Shown here: piece after piece, positions 1-11,685 of the stretch | Layout of the letters: every line of letters starts with the position of its first letter | Numbering within the stretch: position 1 is the stretch's first letter | Assembly: GCA_003280965.1 (NCBI GenBank) | Contig: QCDI01000004.1 | Span: 68,178 to 132,177 of the forward strand | From: Prochlorococcus sp. AG-355-B18 | Lineage (GTDB): Bacteria; Cyanobacteriota; Cyanobacteriia; PCC-6307; Cyanobiaceae | Direction of reading: 5' to 3' | DNA length: 64,000 bases | Made by a program: the position numbers and the translations under genes | Notes under the pieces: model-generated | Database searches by the model: none | Told to the model about the DNA's origin: nothing | Seen by the model: the letters and a program-made list of their open reading frames with translations, nothing else

Positions 1-662
1 ACTGTTTTACGTTTAGAGTTTGTTGATTGTGCTCCTACATTTTTAATGCTTCTAAAAAGCTTATATACATCTTCAAAATTTTCAAGATAATTAAACTTTT
101 CTGAATAATGAATTTCTGTTGATTTGAAATCTTTTAATAATTCATTAGAGCAAAGGAAATTAAGACCACTATATTCAATATCAATTTTTCTACAAGTATC
201 TTTCCATTCAGGAAAACAATCTTTTGTTGGATATGAAATGATTAAAAAACCTCCAGGTATTAATTTACTAAACCAATTTTTTATTATCTTTTCTGGGTTG
301 TTTAACCAATGTATACAAAAGTTAGATGTTAATAGAGAACAGTTATTGATTTCGGGAGGTAAATCATTATTCAAATCCCATATAATTTTTTTACTAGATA
401 ATTTATTCGCAAGAAGCATTTTTTTGCTGAAATCAATTCTGGATACTTTTTGGGAAGAAAATTTTTTTTCTATTTCATCAGCTAATAGTCCTGGTCCTGA
501 TCCTAGATCTATCCATTCACCTTTTTTTTGGGGATTTAATTCCTTGATAAATTGAACAATCTTTTTTGCAAAAAATTTTTGAATATTTGAATATTCTAAA
601 TACCGATATGCAGCATCATTGAAGTTATTTTTTATTTTCTCATTCCACTGTTTATTATCCAT
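1..662 (-). CDS. bioC: Malonyl-ACP O-methyltransferase BioC-like (3' end runs off the window)
   Basis: Not in the ORF track. Read manually from ATG at 662: MDNKQWNEKIKNNFNDAAYRYLEYSNIQKFF..., with SAM motif DLGSGPG. Lies directly downstream of bioF and the esterase. Confidence 0.8.
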   Translation of the reverse strand, partial: MDNKQWNEKIKNNFNDAAYRYLEYSNIQKFFAKKIVQFIKELNPQKKGEWIDLGSGPGLLADEIEKKFSSQKVSRIDFSKKMLLANKLSSKKIIWDLNNDLPPEINNCSLLTSNFCIHWLNNPEKIIKNWFSKLIPGGFLIISYPTKDCFPEWKDTCRKIDIEYSGLNFLCSNELLKDFKSTEIHYSEKFNYLENFEDVYKLFRSIKNVGAQSTNSKRKT

Positions 663-663
663 T

Positions 664-1368
664 TCAATCATTAAATGTATTAAGTAAAATCTCGTATAAA
701 TTTAAATTATTCAAGCAATGCCCTTGCTGAGCTAATTTAATTAAAATTGGCTTTCTATCAAGTGTTTTATTTAAGAAATCTAAAAAGTTATTATTTGATT
801 CTTTGTCAAGAATCAAATCATTTTCTGATTTTATAAAAATAATTTTGCAATCTTTTTTAAGAAATACTGGAAAATCTCTTTTGATGTAAAGTTCTTTTAA
901 ATCACTTAAAAGAAGATTTTTATTTGAACTCTCTAAACTTTTATAAAGGATATTTTTAAAACTATTATTAATTTCATTTGGCATAAATGATCTATGTATA
1001 AATTCTTTCAACATATCCTTAGGTTTATCTTTTTTGATTTTTGTTTCCATTCTTTTTAGAGACCTCAAAATAAAGTCTCTCTTGTTACTTAAAGGAAGAA
1101 AATTATTAAAAGAATTGATAAGAACAATATGAGTTGCTTCTTCTAAAATTTTTTTTGGCATTAAATGAAAACCATATGAGTGGCATAAAGACATTCTGAT
1201 TTCTTTTTTACATTCGCTTTTAATCCATTTTGCTTGATAATTGCTTGTCGAAAAATAGCCTCTTTCATTATCTTGCCAATGCCAATTATTATTTAAAAAA
1301 TCAACTTTATAATCATCCCAGAAATGTTTATTTAGTCCCCACCCATGTTGAGTAATAATTTGTTTCAT
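664..1368 (-). CDS. Pimeloyl-ACP methyl ester esterase (BioK/BioH-type alpha/beta hydrolase)
   Basis: HGWG motif, CHSYG nucleophile elbow and C-terminal GH; sits between bioF and bioC. Confidence 0.75.
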   Translation of the reverse strand: MKQIITQHGWGLNKHFWDDYKVDFLNNNWHWQDNERGYFSTSNYQAKWIKSECKKEIRMSLCHSYGFHLMPKKILEEATHIVLINSFNNFLPLSNKRDFILRSLKRMETKIKKDKPKDMLKEFIHRSFMPNEINNSFKNILYKSLESSNKNLLLSDLKELYIKRDFPVFLKKDCKIIFIKSENDLILDKESNNNFLDFLNKTLDRKPILIKLAQQGHCLNNLNLYEILLNTFND

Positions 1369-2504
1369 TTAAAATCTTTTAATACAGCAATGAAATTCTT
1401 TAGCAGATTAAAATCTAAGTTTCTCCTTATTGTTATTCTTATTCTTGATTGTCCAACTGGGACAGTTGGAGGTCTTATCGCAATTGCTAAAAACCCATTT
1501 TTTTCGAGATATTTTTGAAGATAAATTGCCTTTTCTTCTTGTCCAATAATAATTGATAAAATGTGGGAATCTCCTTGTACAGGAAAACTAAAATTTTTAA
1601 TAATTTCATCCTTCCATACATTTGCAGAAGATAACAAATCATTACCCCATTCTTTATTTTGTAAAATTTTTTTTAAACCCTCTAGTGCTCCAGCAGCTAA
1701 GCATGGAGCAAGCGCTGTTGTGTACCTATATGCACCACTTGTTTGGATAAGATATTCACCAATTTCTGAATTGGAAGCTATGAAAGCTCCTCCGCTACCA
1801 AATGCTTTTCCAAAAGTTCCAGTGATCATAGTTATATTAGAACGGAAATTAAAACTTAAACCTCTGCCTTCAGGACCCAAGATCCCAATTGCATGAGCTT
1901 CGTCTACTAATAATTGAACACTATTTTTTTTGCAAATTTCCGTTATTTCTTTTAGCGGAGCAATTGATCCCTCCATACTATAAAGAGATTCAACAACAAC
2001 TAAAATAGAATTTTTTGTAGGGTTAGAATTAATAATTTTATCTTCTAAATCCTTCAAATTATTGTGTGAAAATCGAACCAGTTTTGCCTGAGCAGCTTTA
2101 ACTCCAACTAATAAAGAGTTATGGATCAATTTATCTGCTATTACGATACTATTTCTGTTTGCTAAAGCCTCGATAGCTGCTATATTTGCTTGAAATCCGC
2201 TTGGGAAAAGTAATATTTTTTCTTGATCAAGCCACTCGGAAAGTTTTGTTTCCAATAATTTATGTATTGGTCTTGAACCTGTAATAAACCTAGAGCTTCC
2301 TGAACCAATACCTTCTAAAAGGCTTATTTCGTAAGCAGCTTTTATTAAATGCTTATCTCTACTTAATCCAAAATAATCATTACTGCATAAGTCTATAAGT
2401 TTTTTATTTTGCGAATTTAAATTTATAAGTTCGAATGGTTTTTTACCTAATGAAAATGTTTTTAATTTACGGATTCTATTTTTTGGAATTTTTATTTTTT
2501 TCAT
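1365..2504 (-). CDS. bioF: 8-amino-7-oxononanoate synthase
   Basis: CSNDYFGL, DEAHAIG, GTFGKAFG (PLP lysine) and IRPPTVP motifs. Confidence 0.95.
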   Translation of the reverse strand: MKKIKIPKNRIRKLKTFSLGKKPFELINLNSQNKKLIDLCSNDYFGLSRDKHLIKAAYEISLLEGIGSGSSRFITGSRPIHKLLETKLSEWLDQEKILLFPSGFQANIAAIEALANRNSIVIADKLIHNSLLVGVKAAQAKLVRFSHNNLKDLEDKIINSNPTKNSILVVVESLYSMEGSIAPLKEITEICKKNSVQLLVDEAHAIGILGPEGRGLSFNFRSNITMITGTFGKAFGSGGAFIASNSEIGEYLIQTSGAYRYTTALAPCLAAGALEGLKKILQNKEWGNDLLSSANVWKDEIIKNFSFPVQGDSHILSIIIGQEEKAIYLQKYLEKNGFLAIAIRPPTVPVGQSRIRITIRRNLDFNLLKNFIAVLKDFK

Positions 2505-2643
2505 TTTGGCAAAATAAAATTTAGTGGATTTAATTAAAAAGATTTAGATTTACTATTAAAGTTTGCAAGGTATTTTTTGTTTATTAATATCTATATAGAT
2601 CATATATTAAGAAGTTAACTCATCCTCTCTTCAATCACAATTA

Positions 2644-5370
2644 TTGCTTAATTTAGAGGAATATTTCCCCTTTCCTCTTGATGATTTCCAATTAGAGGCA
2701 ATACGAGCTATAAATAGCGGAAATTCTGTTGTTTTAACGGCACCAACAGGTTCGGGTAAAACATTGATAGGTGAATTTGCTATATATAGAGGTTTATCGC
2801 ATGACAGCAGAGTTTTTTATACAACACCTTTAAAAGCCCTATCAAACCAAAAGTATAGAGATTTTGCTAATCAATATGGTGAGAATAAGGTTGGTCTTTT
2901 AACTGGAGATATAAGTATAAATAGAGAAGCACCAATCTTAGTCATGACTACTGAGATTTTTAGGAACATGCTTTATGGCGAATTTGATGAATTTGATGAT
3001 CCCTTAGAAAATTTAGAATCTGTGATTCTTGATGAATGTCATTACATGAATGACCCCCAAAGAGGCACGGTTTGGGAGGAAACTATAATCCATTGCCCTA
3101 CTAGAACTCAAATAATAGCTTTATCAGCAACAATAGCTAATGCAGATCAACTACAAAATTGGATAGAAAAAGTTCATGGACCCACAGTACTAATTAACAG
3201 TGATAAAAGACCAGTCCCACTTGATTTTATTTTTTGCAGTGTTAAAGGCCTCCATCCACTTTTAAATAATAAGGGTAATGGAATTCATCCAAATTGTAAG
3301 ATTTGGAGAGCTCCTAAAGGGCAGAAAATGAGAGGGAAAGTGGGCAGGATAATGCAACCAAAGTCTCCCTCAATTGCCTTTGTGATCTCGAAACTGGCTG
3401 AAAGAAATATGTTGCCAGCTATTTATTTTATTTTTAGTAGAAGAGGATGTGACAAGGCTATTGAGAATATAAAAGATTTAACTTTAGTAAGTTATTCAGA
3501 AGCAAATATGATATCCCAAAAATTAGATGTTTATCTTAAAAATAATCAAGAGGCAATTAAAGATAAATCTCAATGCGAGGCATTAAAACGCGGTATTGCA
3601 TCTCATCATGCTGGATTATTGCCTGCATGGAAAGAATTGGTTGAGGAACTATTTCAGCAAGGTTTGATAAAAGTTGTTTTTGCAACCGAAACTCTAGCTG
3701 CAGGAATTAATATGCCTGCAAGAACAACTGTTATTTCTTCTTTATCAAAAAGGACAGAAGATGGGCATAGATTATTATTTAGCAGTGAATTTTTGCAAAT
3801 GTCAGGAAGAGCTGGAAGAAGAGGAAAAGATACCCAAGGATATGTTGTTACATTACAAACAAGATTCGAAGGTGCCAAAGAAGCAAGTGCACTGGCTATA
3901 AGCAAACCAAATTCTTTAGAGAGTCAATTCACTCCTAGCTATGGAATGGTACTTAATCTTTTACAAAGTTACACTTTAGAGAAGTCTAAAGAATTAATTA
4001 AAAGAAGTTTTGGTAGTTTTTTATATTTAGGTGAATCCACAGGTGAGAATATGATTCTTGAAAAGTTGGATAAAGATTTAATTGAATTAAAAAAAATTAC
4101 ATCTAAAGTTTCATGGAAAGATTTTGATGCCTACGAAAAGTTAAAAAATCGTCTTAAAGAAGAGAGAAGGCTATTGAAAATTTTAGAAAAACAAGCAGCA
4201 GAAAAATTATCAGAAGAGATCACTAATGCACTCCCATATATTAAAGATGGAAGCTTAATTTCAATCAAAGCTCCACAAATCAAAAGAAAAATTGTTCCAG
4301 GATTAATTTGTAAGAAAATATATGAATCTCAAAAAATAAAGAGTTTATTGTGTTTGACAATTGATAATTTATTTATCCTTATAAAACCATCATACATAGT
4401 CAGTATTTTTAATGATTTGGATACAATTGATGTCTTAGGACTTGAAGCACCAAAGATGTATTTTTCTGGAGAGGTATTTAGAGGAGATGATTTGTCGCAG
4501 TGTTTCGCAGATCGAATTTTAGAAGTTTCTAAAAAAAATGATTTACAAACTCCACAATATGATCTGACAACGGAAGTTTTGGCGCAACAGCAACAAATAA
4601 ATAATTTAGAAGAAACTGTTACTGATCATCCCGCCCATAGATTTGGAGACTCCAAGAAGTTAAAGAAATATAGAAAAAGAATTGTTGATGTTGAACAAGA
4701 AATAAATATGAGAAAAAAGCTTCTTGAGGATAAAGAAAATCATAACTGGAGAACTTTTACCGATTTGATTAAAATTTTGAATCATTTTGGTTGTTTAAAT
4801 GATTTGGAATTGACAGAAGTTGGACAAACAGTTGGTGCAATAAGAAGTGAAAATGAATTATGGATTGGTCTTGTTTTAGTTAGTGGTTATTTGGACGATT
4901 TAGATCCTCCTGATTTAGCTGCAATTATTCAAGCTATATGTGTTGATGTAAGAAGACCAAATCTTTGGTGTAATTTCAAGCCTTCTTTAAAAGTAATAGA
5001 TGTTTTTAATGAATTAGATGGTTTAAGAAAATTAGTAGCTTCTCAACAGAATAAGCTTTATATTGAGATACCTATCTATCTAGAAACAGAGTTGACTGGA
5101 ATTATTTCTGAATGGGCAAGGGGGAAAAAATGGCAAGATTTGGTTTTTAATACTTCATTAGACGAAGGCGATGTAGTCAGGATTATTAGAAGATCAATTG
5201 ATGTCCTTTCTCAAGTGCAATACTGTATTGGTGTTAGTAATAAATTAAAAACCAAAGCAAAGCTAGCATTAAAAGCTATTAACCGTTTTCCTGTTTCTGA
5301 ATCTAATGATCTTATAAAAGTCTCTGAAGATATTAATCCTGCAACAAAAAGAATTGACAATAATTCTTAA
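2644..5370 (+). CDS. Ski2/HelY-like SF2 DEAD/DEAH-box RNA helicase
   Basis: APTGSGKT, DECH, SAT, TETLAAGINMPA and QMSGRAGRRG motifs; DSHCT-like C-terminus. Confidence 0.92.
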   Translation: MLNLEEYFPFPLDDFQLEAIRAINSGNSVVLTAPTGSGKTLIGEFAIYRGLSHDSRVFYTTPLKALSNQKYRDFANQYGENKVGLLTGDISINREAPILVMTTEIFRNMLYGEFDEFDDPLENLESVILDECHYMNDPQRGTVWEETIIHCPTRTQIIALSATIANADQLQNWIEKVHGPTVLINSDKRPVPLDFIFCSVKGLHPLLNNKGNGIHPNCKIWRAPKGQKMRGKVGRIMQPKSPSIAFVISKLAERNMLPAIYFIFSRRGCDKAIENIKDLTLVSYSEANMISQKLDVYLKNNQEAIKDKSQCEALKRGIASHHAGLLPAWKELVEELFQQGLIKVVFATETLAAGINMPARTTVISSLSKRTEDGHRLLFSSEFLQMSGRAGRRGKDTQGYVVTLQTRFEGAKEASALAISKPNSLESQFTPSYGMVLNLLQSYTLEKSKELIKRSFGSFLYLGESTGENMILEKLDKDLIELKKITSKVSWKDFDAYEKLKNRLKEERRLLKILEKQAAEKLSEEITNALPYIKDGSLISIKAPQIKRKIVPGLICKKIYESQKIKSLLCLTIDNLFILIKPSYIVSIFNDLDTIDVLGLEAPKMYFSGEVFRGDDLSQCFADRILEVSKKNDLQTPQYDLTTEVLAQQQQINNLEETVTDHPAHRFGDSKKLKKYRKRIVDVEQEINMRKKLLEDKENHNWRTFTDLIKILNHFGCLNDLELTEVGQTVGAIRSENELWIGLVLVSGYLDDLDPPDLAAIIQAICVDVRRPNLWCNFKPSLKVIDVFNELDGLRKLVASQQNKLYIEIPIYLETELTGIISEWARGKKWQDLVFNTSLDEGDVVRIIRRSIDVLSQVQYCIGVSNKLKTKAKLALKAINRFPVSESNDLIKVSEDINPATKRIDNNS

Positions 5371-5378
5371 ATTTTTTA

Positions 5379-6764
5379 TCAAATCATTGAATTAATATTC
5401 ATTGCTTCATCAAATTCATCTTCGTTTAAATAACCAAGTTTAAGTGTTGCCTCTTTTAAATTTAATGATTCTTTGAAAGCAAGGTTTGCAATTTCAGCTG
5501 CTTTTTCATAACCAACTTTTGGCACTATGGCTGTAACCAACATTAATGAATTTTCTAAATTTAACTTCATTTTTTTTTGATTAGGTTCCATCCCAGCAAC
5601 TAATTTTATTCTGAAGTTTTCTATTGCATTTTTAAGTAATTTTAAACTTGTAAGAATATTAAATCCAATAAGAGGCTTATATTCATTCATCTGCAAAGTG
5701 CCGCTAGAATTTGCTATTGAAACTGCATATTCAAGACCCATTATCTGAGTACAAACCATTGATAGGGCTTCGCATTGAGTCGGATTTACTTTACCTGGCA
5801 TAATAGAACTTCCAGGTTCATTTTGAGGGATAATTAATTCATATATTCCTGATCTTGGACCAGAAGATAGAATTTTTATATCATTTGAAATTTTAAACAA
5901 TGCACCTGCAAATATTTTTATCTGGCTCATTACTTGAGCTAGACGATCATGCGAGGCCATTATAGAAAAATTATTTTTTGATTTATAGAACATTAGATTC
6001 GTATAATCGGAAATTGATTTTATGGACTCTTCACAAAATCCTTTTGGACAATTAATCCCTGTACCAACCGCAGTTCCTCCAAGAGGCAAGAAATATAATT
6101 CATTCAGACTCATAACAATTGCATTTTCAGCATCTTTAAGTTGCTCTGACCAACCTGATATTTCTTGCCCAAAAGTAAGGGGCACTGCATCTTGAAAATG
6201 GGTTCTTCCTATCTTTATTAGGTCTTTCCATTCTTCACTTTTTTTATCAAGGATTTTCGTAAGTTCTCTTATAGTTGGAACTAAATTTTTGATTATTTCA
6301 TTAACAACAGATATTTGAATAGCAGCAGGAAAAGTATCATTAGTTGACTGAGATTTATTTACATCATCATTCGGATGAATTGGTTGATGACTACCAAGCT
6401 TTGAATTTGTTTTTAACGCTGCAATATTTGAAATTACCTCATTAACATTCATATTTGTTTGCGTGCCACTACCTGTTTGCCAAACCTTTAAGGGAAACTG
6501 TGAATCATGAAGCCCATCAAGTATTTCTGTACATGCCTCTACAATCAAATCTTTTTTTCTTTTATCTATTAAACCTAAATTGAAATTAGCAATTGAAGCA
6601 GCTTTTTTTATGAGGGTGAGTGAATAAATTAACTCAATTGGAATTAATTCTTCTCCAATAGAAAAATTTATTATTGATCTTTGTGTTTGAGCACCCCATA
6701 AAGCTTCCATGGGAACCTCTATTGTTCCCATACTATCTTTTTCAATCCTAAAGTTTTTTGTCAT
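5379..6764 (-). CDS. fumC: Fumarate hydratase class II
   Basis: WQTGSGTQTNMN and GSSIMPGKVNP signatures. Confidence 0.97.
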   Translation of the reverse strand: MTKNFRIEKDSMGTIEVPMEALWGAQTQRSIINFSIGEELIPIELIYSLTLIKKAASIANFNLGLIDKRKKDLIVEACTEILDGLHDSQFPLKVWQTGSGTQTNMNVNEVISNIAALKTNSKLGSHQPIHPNDDVNKSQSTNDTFPAAIQISVVNEIIKNLVPTIRELTKILDKKSEEWKDLIKIGRTHFQDAVPLTFGQEISGWSEQLKDAENAIVMSLNELYFLPLGGTAVGTGINCPKGFCEESIKSISDYTNLMFYKSKNNFSIMASHDRLAQVMSQIKIFAGALFKISNDIKILSSGPRSGIYELIIPQNEPGSSIMPGKVNPTQCEALSMVCTQIMGLEYAVSIANSSGTLQMNEYKPLIGFNILTSLKLLKNAIENFRIKLVAGMEPNQKKMKLNLENSLMLVTAIVPKVGYEKAAEIANLAFKESLNLKEATLKLGYLNEDEFDEAMNINSMI

Positions 6765-6811
6765 TATTCTTCTGAAAACACTGATTAAAATGAGATAAGG
6801 TTTTCAGTAAT

Positions 6812-8107
6812 CTAGATACCGAGCTTCTCCCATATTACACTTAAATTATTGAGATGAATTGAAGGATTAAAACATTCTTCTAAATCACTTTGATCAATAA
6901 AATCCATAATTTCATTATCTCTCTCTATATTTTCTTTGAAATTCCCATTCTCAGTATTCCAGGCCTGATGTGCATTTTTTTGTACTAAGCTATATGCCTT
7001 TTCTCTAGACATGCCGCTCTCTACAAGCAAAAGTAAAACTTTCTGACTAAAAATTACGCCGCCATATATATTTAAATTTTTGAGCATATTTTTTGGATAA
7101 ACTTCTAAATTGCTTACTATATCTTTCATTTCTCTAAGCATAAAATGCAAACAGATTGATACGTCAGGTAACATAATACGCTCATTTGAACTATGGCTAA
7201 TATCTCGTTCATGCCAAAGTGGGACATTTTCCAGAGCTGTTAATACGTAACTTCTCAAAATTCTCGCTAAACCGCTTACTCTTTCACTCCGAATAGGATT
7301 TCTTTTATGAGGCATTGCTGAACTTCCTTTTTGCCCTTTTGTGAATCCTTCCTCAACTTCTAAAACGTCAGTTCTCTGTAAATTTCTTATTTCAGTAGCG
7401 AATCTATCTAGCGAAGCCCCAACCAGTGCAATTGTTTGAACATATTCTGCATGTCTGTCTCTTGATATAACTTGGGTACTTGCTGTATCTGGTTTTAAGC
7501 CGAGTAAATCACAAGTTATTTGTTCAACTTCAGGGTTTGTATTGGCGTAAGTACCCATTGCACCACTTATTTGTCCTATTGCTACGGATTCTTTAAGTGT
7601 TAATAATCTTTTTTTGTTCCTTATTATTTCTGCTAACCATCCTGCAAGTTTAAAACCAAAGGAAATTGGCTCCCCATGAATAGCATGTGATCTGCCAATC
7701 ATTAATGTATTTTTATGCTTTCTTGCTAATAATCTGACTTCATTTTCTAGTTTCTCAATTTCTTTTAGTAATAATTCACTAGAATCTTTCAACTGAAGAG
7801 ATAATCCGGTATCAAGTACATCACTACTAGTCATTCCAACATGAATGTATCTACCAGAGTCTCCTACAAATTCATTGACGCTTGTAAGAAATGCTATTAC
7901 ATCATGTTTAACTTCTTTCTCAATTTCTTTAATTCTGGATTCATCAAACTTTGCATTTGAACGAATATCTTTCATGGCATTCTCAGGAATTTTTCCGAGA
8001 GAACAATTTGCTTCACATGCAGCTATTTCAACCTTAAGCCAACTATGGAATTTTGCACTTTCAGTCCAGATTTGCCCCATTTCGGGTAATGTGTAACGCT
8101 CGATCAC
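6812..8107 (-). CDS. purB: Adenylosuccinate lyase
   Basis: GSSAMPHKRNP and WHERDISHSS motifs. Confidence 0.97.
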   Translation of the reverse strand: MIERYTLPEMGQIWTESAKFHSWLKVEIAACEANCSLGKIPENAMKDIRSNAKFDESRIKEIEKEVKHDVIAFLTSVNEFVGDSGRYIHVGMTSSDVLDTGLSLQLKDSSELLLKEIEKLENEVRLLARKHKNTLMIGRSHAIHGEPISFGFKLAGWLAEIIRNKKRLLTLKESVAIGQISGAMGTYANTNPEVEQITCDLLGLKPDTASTQVISRDRHAEYVQTIALVGASLDRFATEIRNLQRTDVLEVEEGFTKGQKGSSAMPHKRNPIRSERVSGLARILRSYVLTALENVPLWHERDISHSSNERIMLPDVSICLHFMLREMKDIVSNLEVYPKNMLKNLNIYGGVIFSQKVLLLLVESGMSREKAYSLVQKNAHQAWNTENGNFKENIERDNEIMDFIDQSDLEECFNPSIHLNNLSVIWEKLGI

Positions 8108-8389
8108 AATTTTTAATAATCACCATCTTAAACTTTATAACCAAAATCGAATAATTGCCCTATACCTTAAGGATGTACTTGCCATTGCACATATTTGCCT
8201 GTTAATTATTTTTTTTGTAACAGATTTTTTAACTGTTTAAAGAAAGTTTAAATATTAAAATATTTTTACAAATTGCCTTCGTTAATAATGGGTAATTCTT
8301 TAGTTCGCATTTAAAATTAGAAGGTATTAAAGAATTTGGATCTTAATCTTGTAGAAGTTCATTATTCAGTCTTTTTTTTTGATGAATAG

Positions 8390-9202
8390 ATGATTGAAAA
8401 AAGTAGATTAGACCTTTATCTTCTCAACAAAGGTTTATGTGAAACTCGTCAAAAAGCCCAAGGTTTAATTCTTGCAGGCAAAGTAAGAGATATTAATGGC
8501 AAAGTATTGGATAAACCTGGACAGCAAGTATTAATTGGTTCTGAATTGTTTATCGATTCCGGACCTATGTTTGTATCAAGGGGAGGCGAAAAATTATTAG
8601 AGGCATTTAAAAGACTTGAAATAAATGTAAAAGATAAAATATGTATTGACGCGGGAATCTCAACTGGGGGATTTACTGATTGCTTATTGCAACAAGGCGC
8701 AAAGTTAGTTTATGGAGTAGATGTAGGTTATGGACAGACTGCATGGAAAATTAGAAAAAATCCAAAAGTTATACTTTTTGAACGAACAAATATTCGAAAT
8801 TTAAAACCTAATGATCTTTTATCTAGAAGTGTTGAATTGCCAAATTTTGTGGTTGCTGATTTGTCTTTTATTTCATTAAAGTTAGTTTTTAATTCTATTA
8901 GTAATTTATTAGTAGGTGATTCTATAGAGGGAATATTTTTAATTAAACCGCAATTTGAGGTTGGTAAAGATAAAGTCGGCAAAGGTGGTGTTGTTCGAAA
9001 TCCTAAATTCCATACTGAGGCTATAGAGTCTGTTATTGATGCGGCTAAGAATTTTCAATGGAATATACAGAATTTGATAGCTTCCCCTTTAGTAGGTCCA
9101 GCTGGCAATCATGAATATCTAGCTTGGATGTGCTTAAGAAGTGAACCAAATCCAAGAATTAATAGTGAATATATACAAAATTTAGTAAATGAAACTCTTT
9201 GA
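8390..9202 (+). CDS. tlyA: TlyA-family rRNA 2'-O-methyltransferase
   Basis: S4-like N-terminus; FVSRGGEKL, DAGISTGGFTD, LIKPQFE and GPAGNHEY motifs. Confidence 0.93.
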   Translation: MIEKSRLDLYLLNKGLCETRQKAQGLILAGKVRDINGKVLDKPGQQVLIGSELFIDSGPMFVSRGGEKLLEAFKRLEINVKDKICIDAGISTGGFTDCLLQQGAKLVYGVDVGYGQTAWKIRKNPKVILFERTNIRNLKPNDLLSRSVELPNFVVADLSFISLKLVFNSISNLLVGDSIEGIFLIKPQFEVGKDKVGKGGVVRNPKFHTEAIESVIDAAKNFQWNIQNLIASPLVGPAGNHEYLAWMCLRSEPNPRINSEYIQNLVNETL

Positions 9203-9203
9203 A

Positions 9204-9566
<363 letters not shown>

Positions 9567-9812
9567 TTAATTGTTTTTTGGGAAAACATCCATCATTGAA
9601 ATATCAGAAAAACATTTAATATCAAGACCTGCATTTATGGCATCTTCTATTAATAATTTGGAGTTTTTTTCAGAAATAATTACTGTACTATTTGATAATG
9701 CTTCCCACTGATCATTTTCAAAGTGTGTTTGAAGCCATAGCATTCCAATTGCACTCTTTGGTTGAAGTGATTTATTTAAGTTGTTATCGATAGTTATCAA
9801 ACAAATGTCCAT
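9567..9812 (-). CDS. Conserved hypothetical protein upstream of glnB
   Basis: ORF track; likely ATG at 9812 (MDICL...GMLWLQTHFE); co-oriented with glnB, 24 bp gap. Confidence 0.75.
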   Translation of the reverse strand: MDICLITIDNNLNKSLQPKSAIGMLWLQTHFENDQWEALSNSTVIISEKNSKLLIEDAINAGLDIKCFSDISMMDVFPKNN

Positions 9813-9864
9813 TAATTTTGTCTTTGAACTAAACACATATAACCCTTTTGAATGGCATTATGAT

Positions 9865-9880
9865 TGTTACTATTGATACA
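9865..9880 (-). promoter_or_regulatory. Putative NtcA-binding site upstream of the hypothetical-glnB operon
   Basis: TGTATCAATAGTAACA on the minus strand, i.e. TGT-N10-ACA or GTA-N8-AAC (one mismatch to GTA-N8-TAC). Confidence 0.6.
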
Positions 9881-9991
9881 AAAATAAGATTTCACAGGTT
9901 TTGACTTAGTCAACTGTAATACTTAGGCTTGTTGAGACTTTTGCGAATTTTGATCTTTTTATATAGGTTTAGTAAATAAGTTCCATTAAAA

Positions 9992-10402
9992 ATGAGTGCT
10001 GCTAAATTAAATGATTCGACAAAAAGTCCACTATATGGTGAGAGAATTATTGAAGAATCAAAAATAATTTGTTTTGAAAATCCAAATAAAAAAAGAATTT
10101 ATGAAATTTCTATCCAGTTACCTGAATTTACATGTAAGTGCCCCTTTTCAGGCTATCCAGATTTTGCCAAGCTAAATATTGTTTATCAACCAAATTTGAG
10201 AGTCTATGAGTTGAAATCTCTAAAGCTTTATATTAATAATTTCAGAGATATGAAAATATCACATGAGGAAGTTGTTAATAGAATTATGGATGATTTAGTG
10301 AATGCAGGCTCACCGCACTGGATACATCTAAATGCTGCATTTAACCCCAGAGGAAATGTTTCTATGCAATTAGATATTTTTAGTGGACAGAAAAAAAATT
10401 AA
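9992..10402 (+). CDS. queF: NADPH-dependent preQ0 reductase
   Basis: [28 protein letters not shown] and PRG motifs. Confidence 0.95.
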   Translation: MSAAKLNDSTKSPLYGERIIEESKIICFENPNKKRIYEISIQLPEFTCKCPFSGYPDFAKLNIVYQPNLRVYELKSLKLYINNFRDMKISHEEVVNRIMDDLVNAGSPHWIHLNAAFNPRGNVSMQLDIFSGQKKN

Positions 10403-11685
10403 AAATTTTTAATTTCTTCTAATAATTTAAAAAATTCTTTTTTAAAACCAACTAAATTTTTATTGCTTAGACCTCCAATGGATAACTTTTGTGATTCAAT
10501 ATTTACAAGAATCCATAATTGGTTAGTAGGTATAAGACTTATTATTGTTCCAAAAATTATTAAGATAAAAGAAAAATAAATAAAAGGAATAGACGGATCA
10601 TTTTTAATTATCAATCCACTGCTGGGGATTATTTTTTTTAGAGCTACTTTTGAAGAATTAATTTCCAAGGGTTCTTCATTTATGTAGAGATTATTTCCTG
10701 AAAAATTTTCTATATTGGAAATTTTAAGTGGACCATTCTCATTATCTATTGTTAAAAGGAATTTTTTTTTATTCTCTGAACCTAATTCAACTAAAACCCC
10801 CCAAACTTGATTTCCAATTTCAGGAATCTCCTTTAATTGTAATTGATAAAGGATATTATCTATTTCTAAAACAACATTTGATATTGACCAGTCAGCTTGA
10901 TAAATAGTTAATCCTTGAAACCTTATTGGGTGATTAACTTTGGCAGTTTTTATTTCATTTAATCTTAAGTCTTCAGAAAAAAAATCTAACTTAGAAATAA
11001 ATTGTTTGGGTATACCATCACTTTCTCGTTCTATAGAAAAATCAACTAACTTTATATTGGCTTTTGAGTTCGTGCTCTCATTAATAAGATCCAAGCTTTC
11101 CCCAGGCAATAAATATTGTTCTTTTGATTGATTGGTAAAACTTCCATATGCTGAGCCTATTAGTAATATTATCAATCCAATATGTACAACTAAAGGACCG
11201 ATTTTCCCAATTAACCCCCTTCTTGCAGAAAGATGACTTTTATATTTGTATGTTTGCCATCCTTGTTTTTTAAGTAATAAATCTGCTTTTGATATGTAGT
11301 CTGCATCTTCATTGATTTGGTGACTAGAGGTTAATTGCAGTTTGCTAAATTTTTTTTCATTCTTATATTCGATCCATTTTAATGAAGCTTTTAAGGAAGG
11401 GATTTGCCTCCTGAAACTACAAGCTGCTAGAGAAATGCAAAGAAGAATTAATGCAAATAAAAACCAAAAGCTTGTATAAATATGATCCAATTGAAGTTTT
11501 AAGACTTTTTCGCCATTTAAAAATCCCAAAATAGGAGCATTATCAAAAATATCAATATAAAATTTTTTATTACTACCTTGAGGTATGAAAGTTCCTATGC
11601 CACTTGAAATGGCTATAAAGATTATGAGTGATATAGCGAATCTTAAACTTGATATTTTTAAAATTAAATTCTTAAAAATAATCAT
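10399..11685 (-). CDS. ccs1: Cytochrome c biogenesis protein Ccs1/ResB
   Basis: [20 protein letters not shown] and [17 protein letters not shown] motifs; adjacent to ccdA. Confidence 0.92.
   Translation of the reverse strand: MIIFKNLILKISSLRFAISLIIFIAISSGIGTFIPQGSNKKFYIDIFDNAPILGFLNGEKVLKLQLDHIYTSFWFLFALILLCISLAACSFRRQIPSLKASLKWIEYKNEKKFSKLQLTSSHQINEDADYISKADLLLKKQGWQTYKYKSHLSARRGLIGKIGPLVVHIGLIILLIGSAYGSFTNQSKEQYLLPGESLDLINESTNSKANIKLVDFSIERESDGIPKQFISKLDFFSEDLRLNEIKTAKVNHPIRFQGLTIYQADWSISNVVLEIDNILYQLQLKEIPEIGNQVWGVLVELGSENKKKFLLTIDNENGPLKISNIENFSGNNLYINEEPLEINSSKVALKKIIPSSGLIIKNDPSIPFIYFSFILIIFGTIISLIPTNQLWILVNIESQKLSIGGLSNKNLVGFKKEFFKLLEEIKNF

Noticed and set aside
124..555. 143-aa plus-strand ORF
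   Set aside because: Antisense shadow of bioC, which occupies the minus strand.
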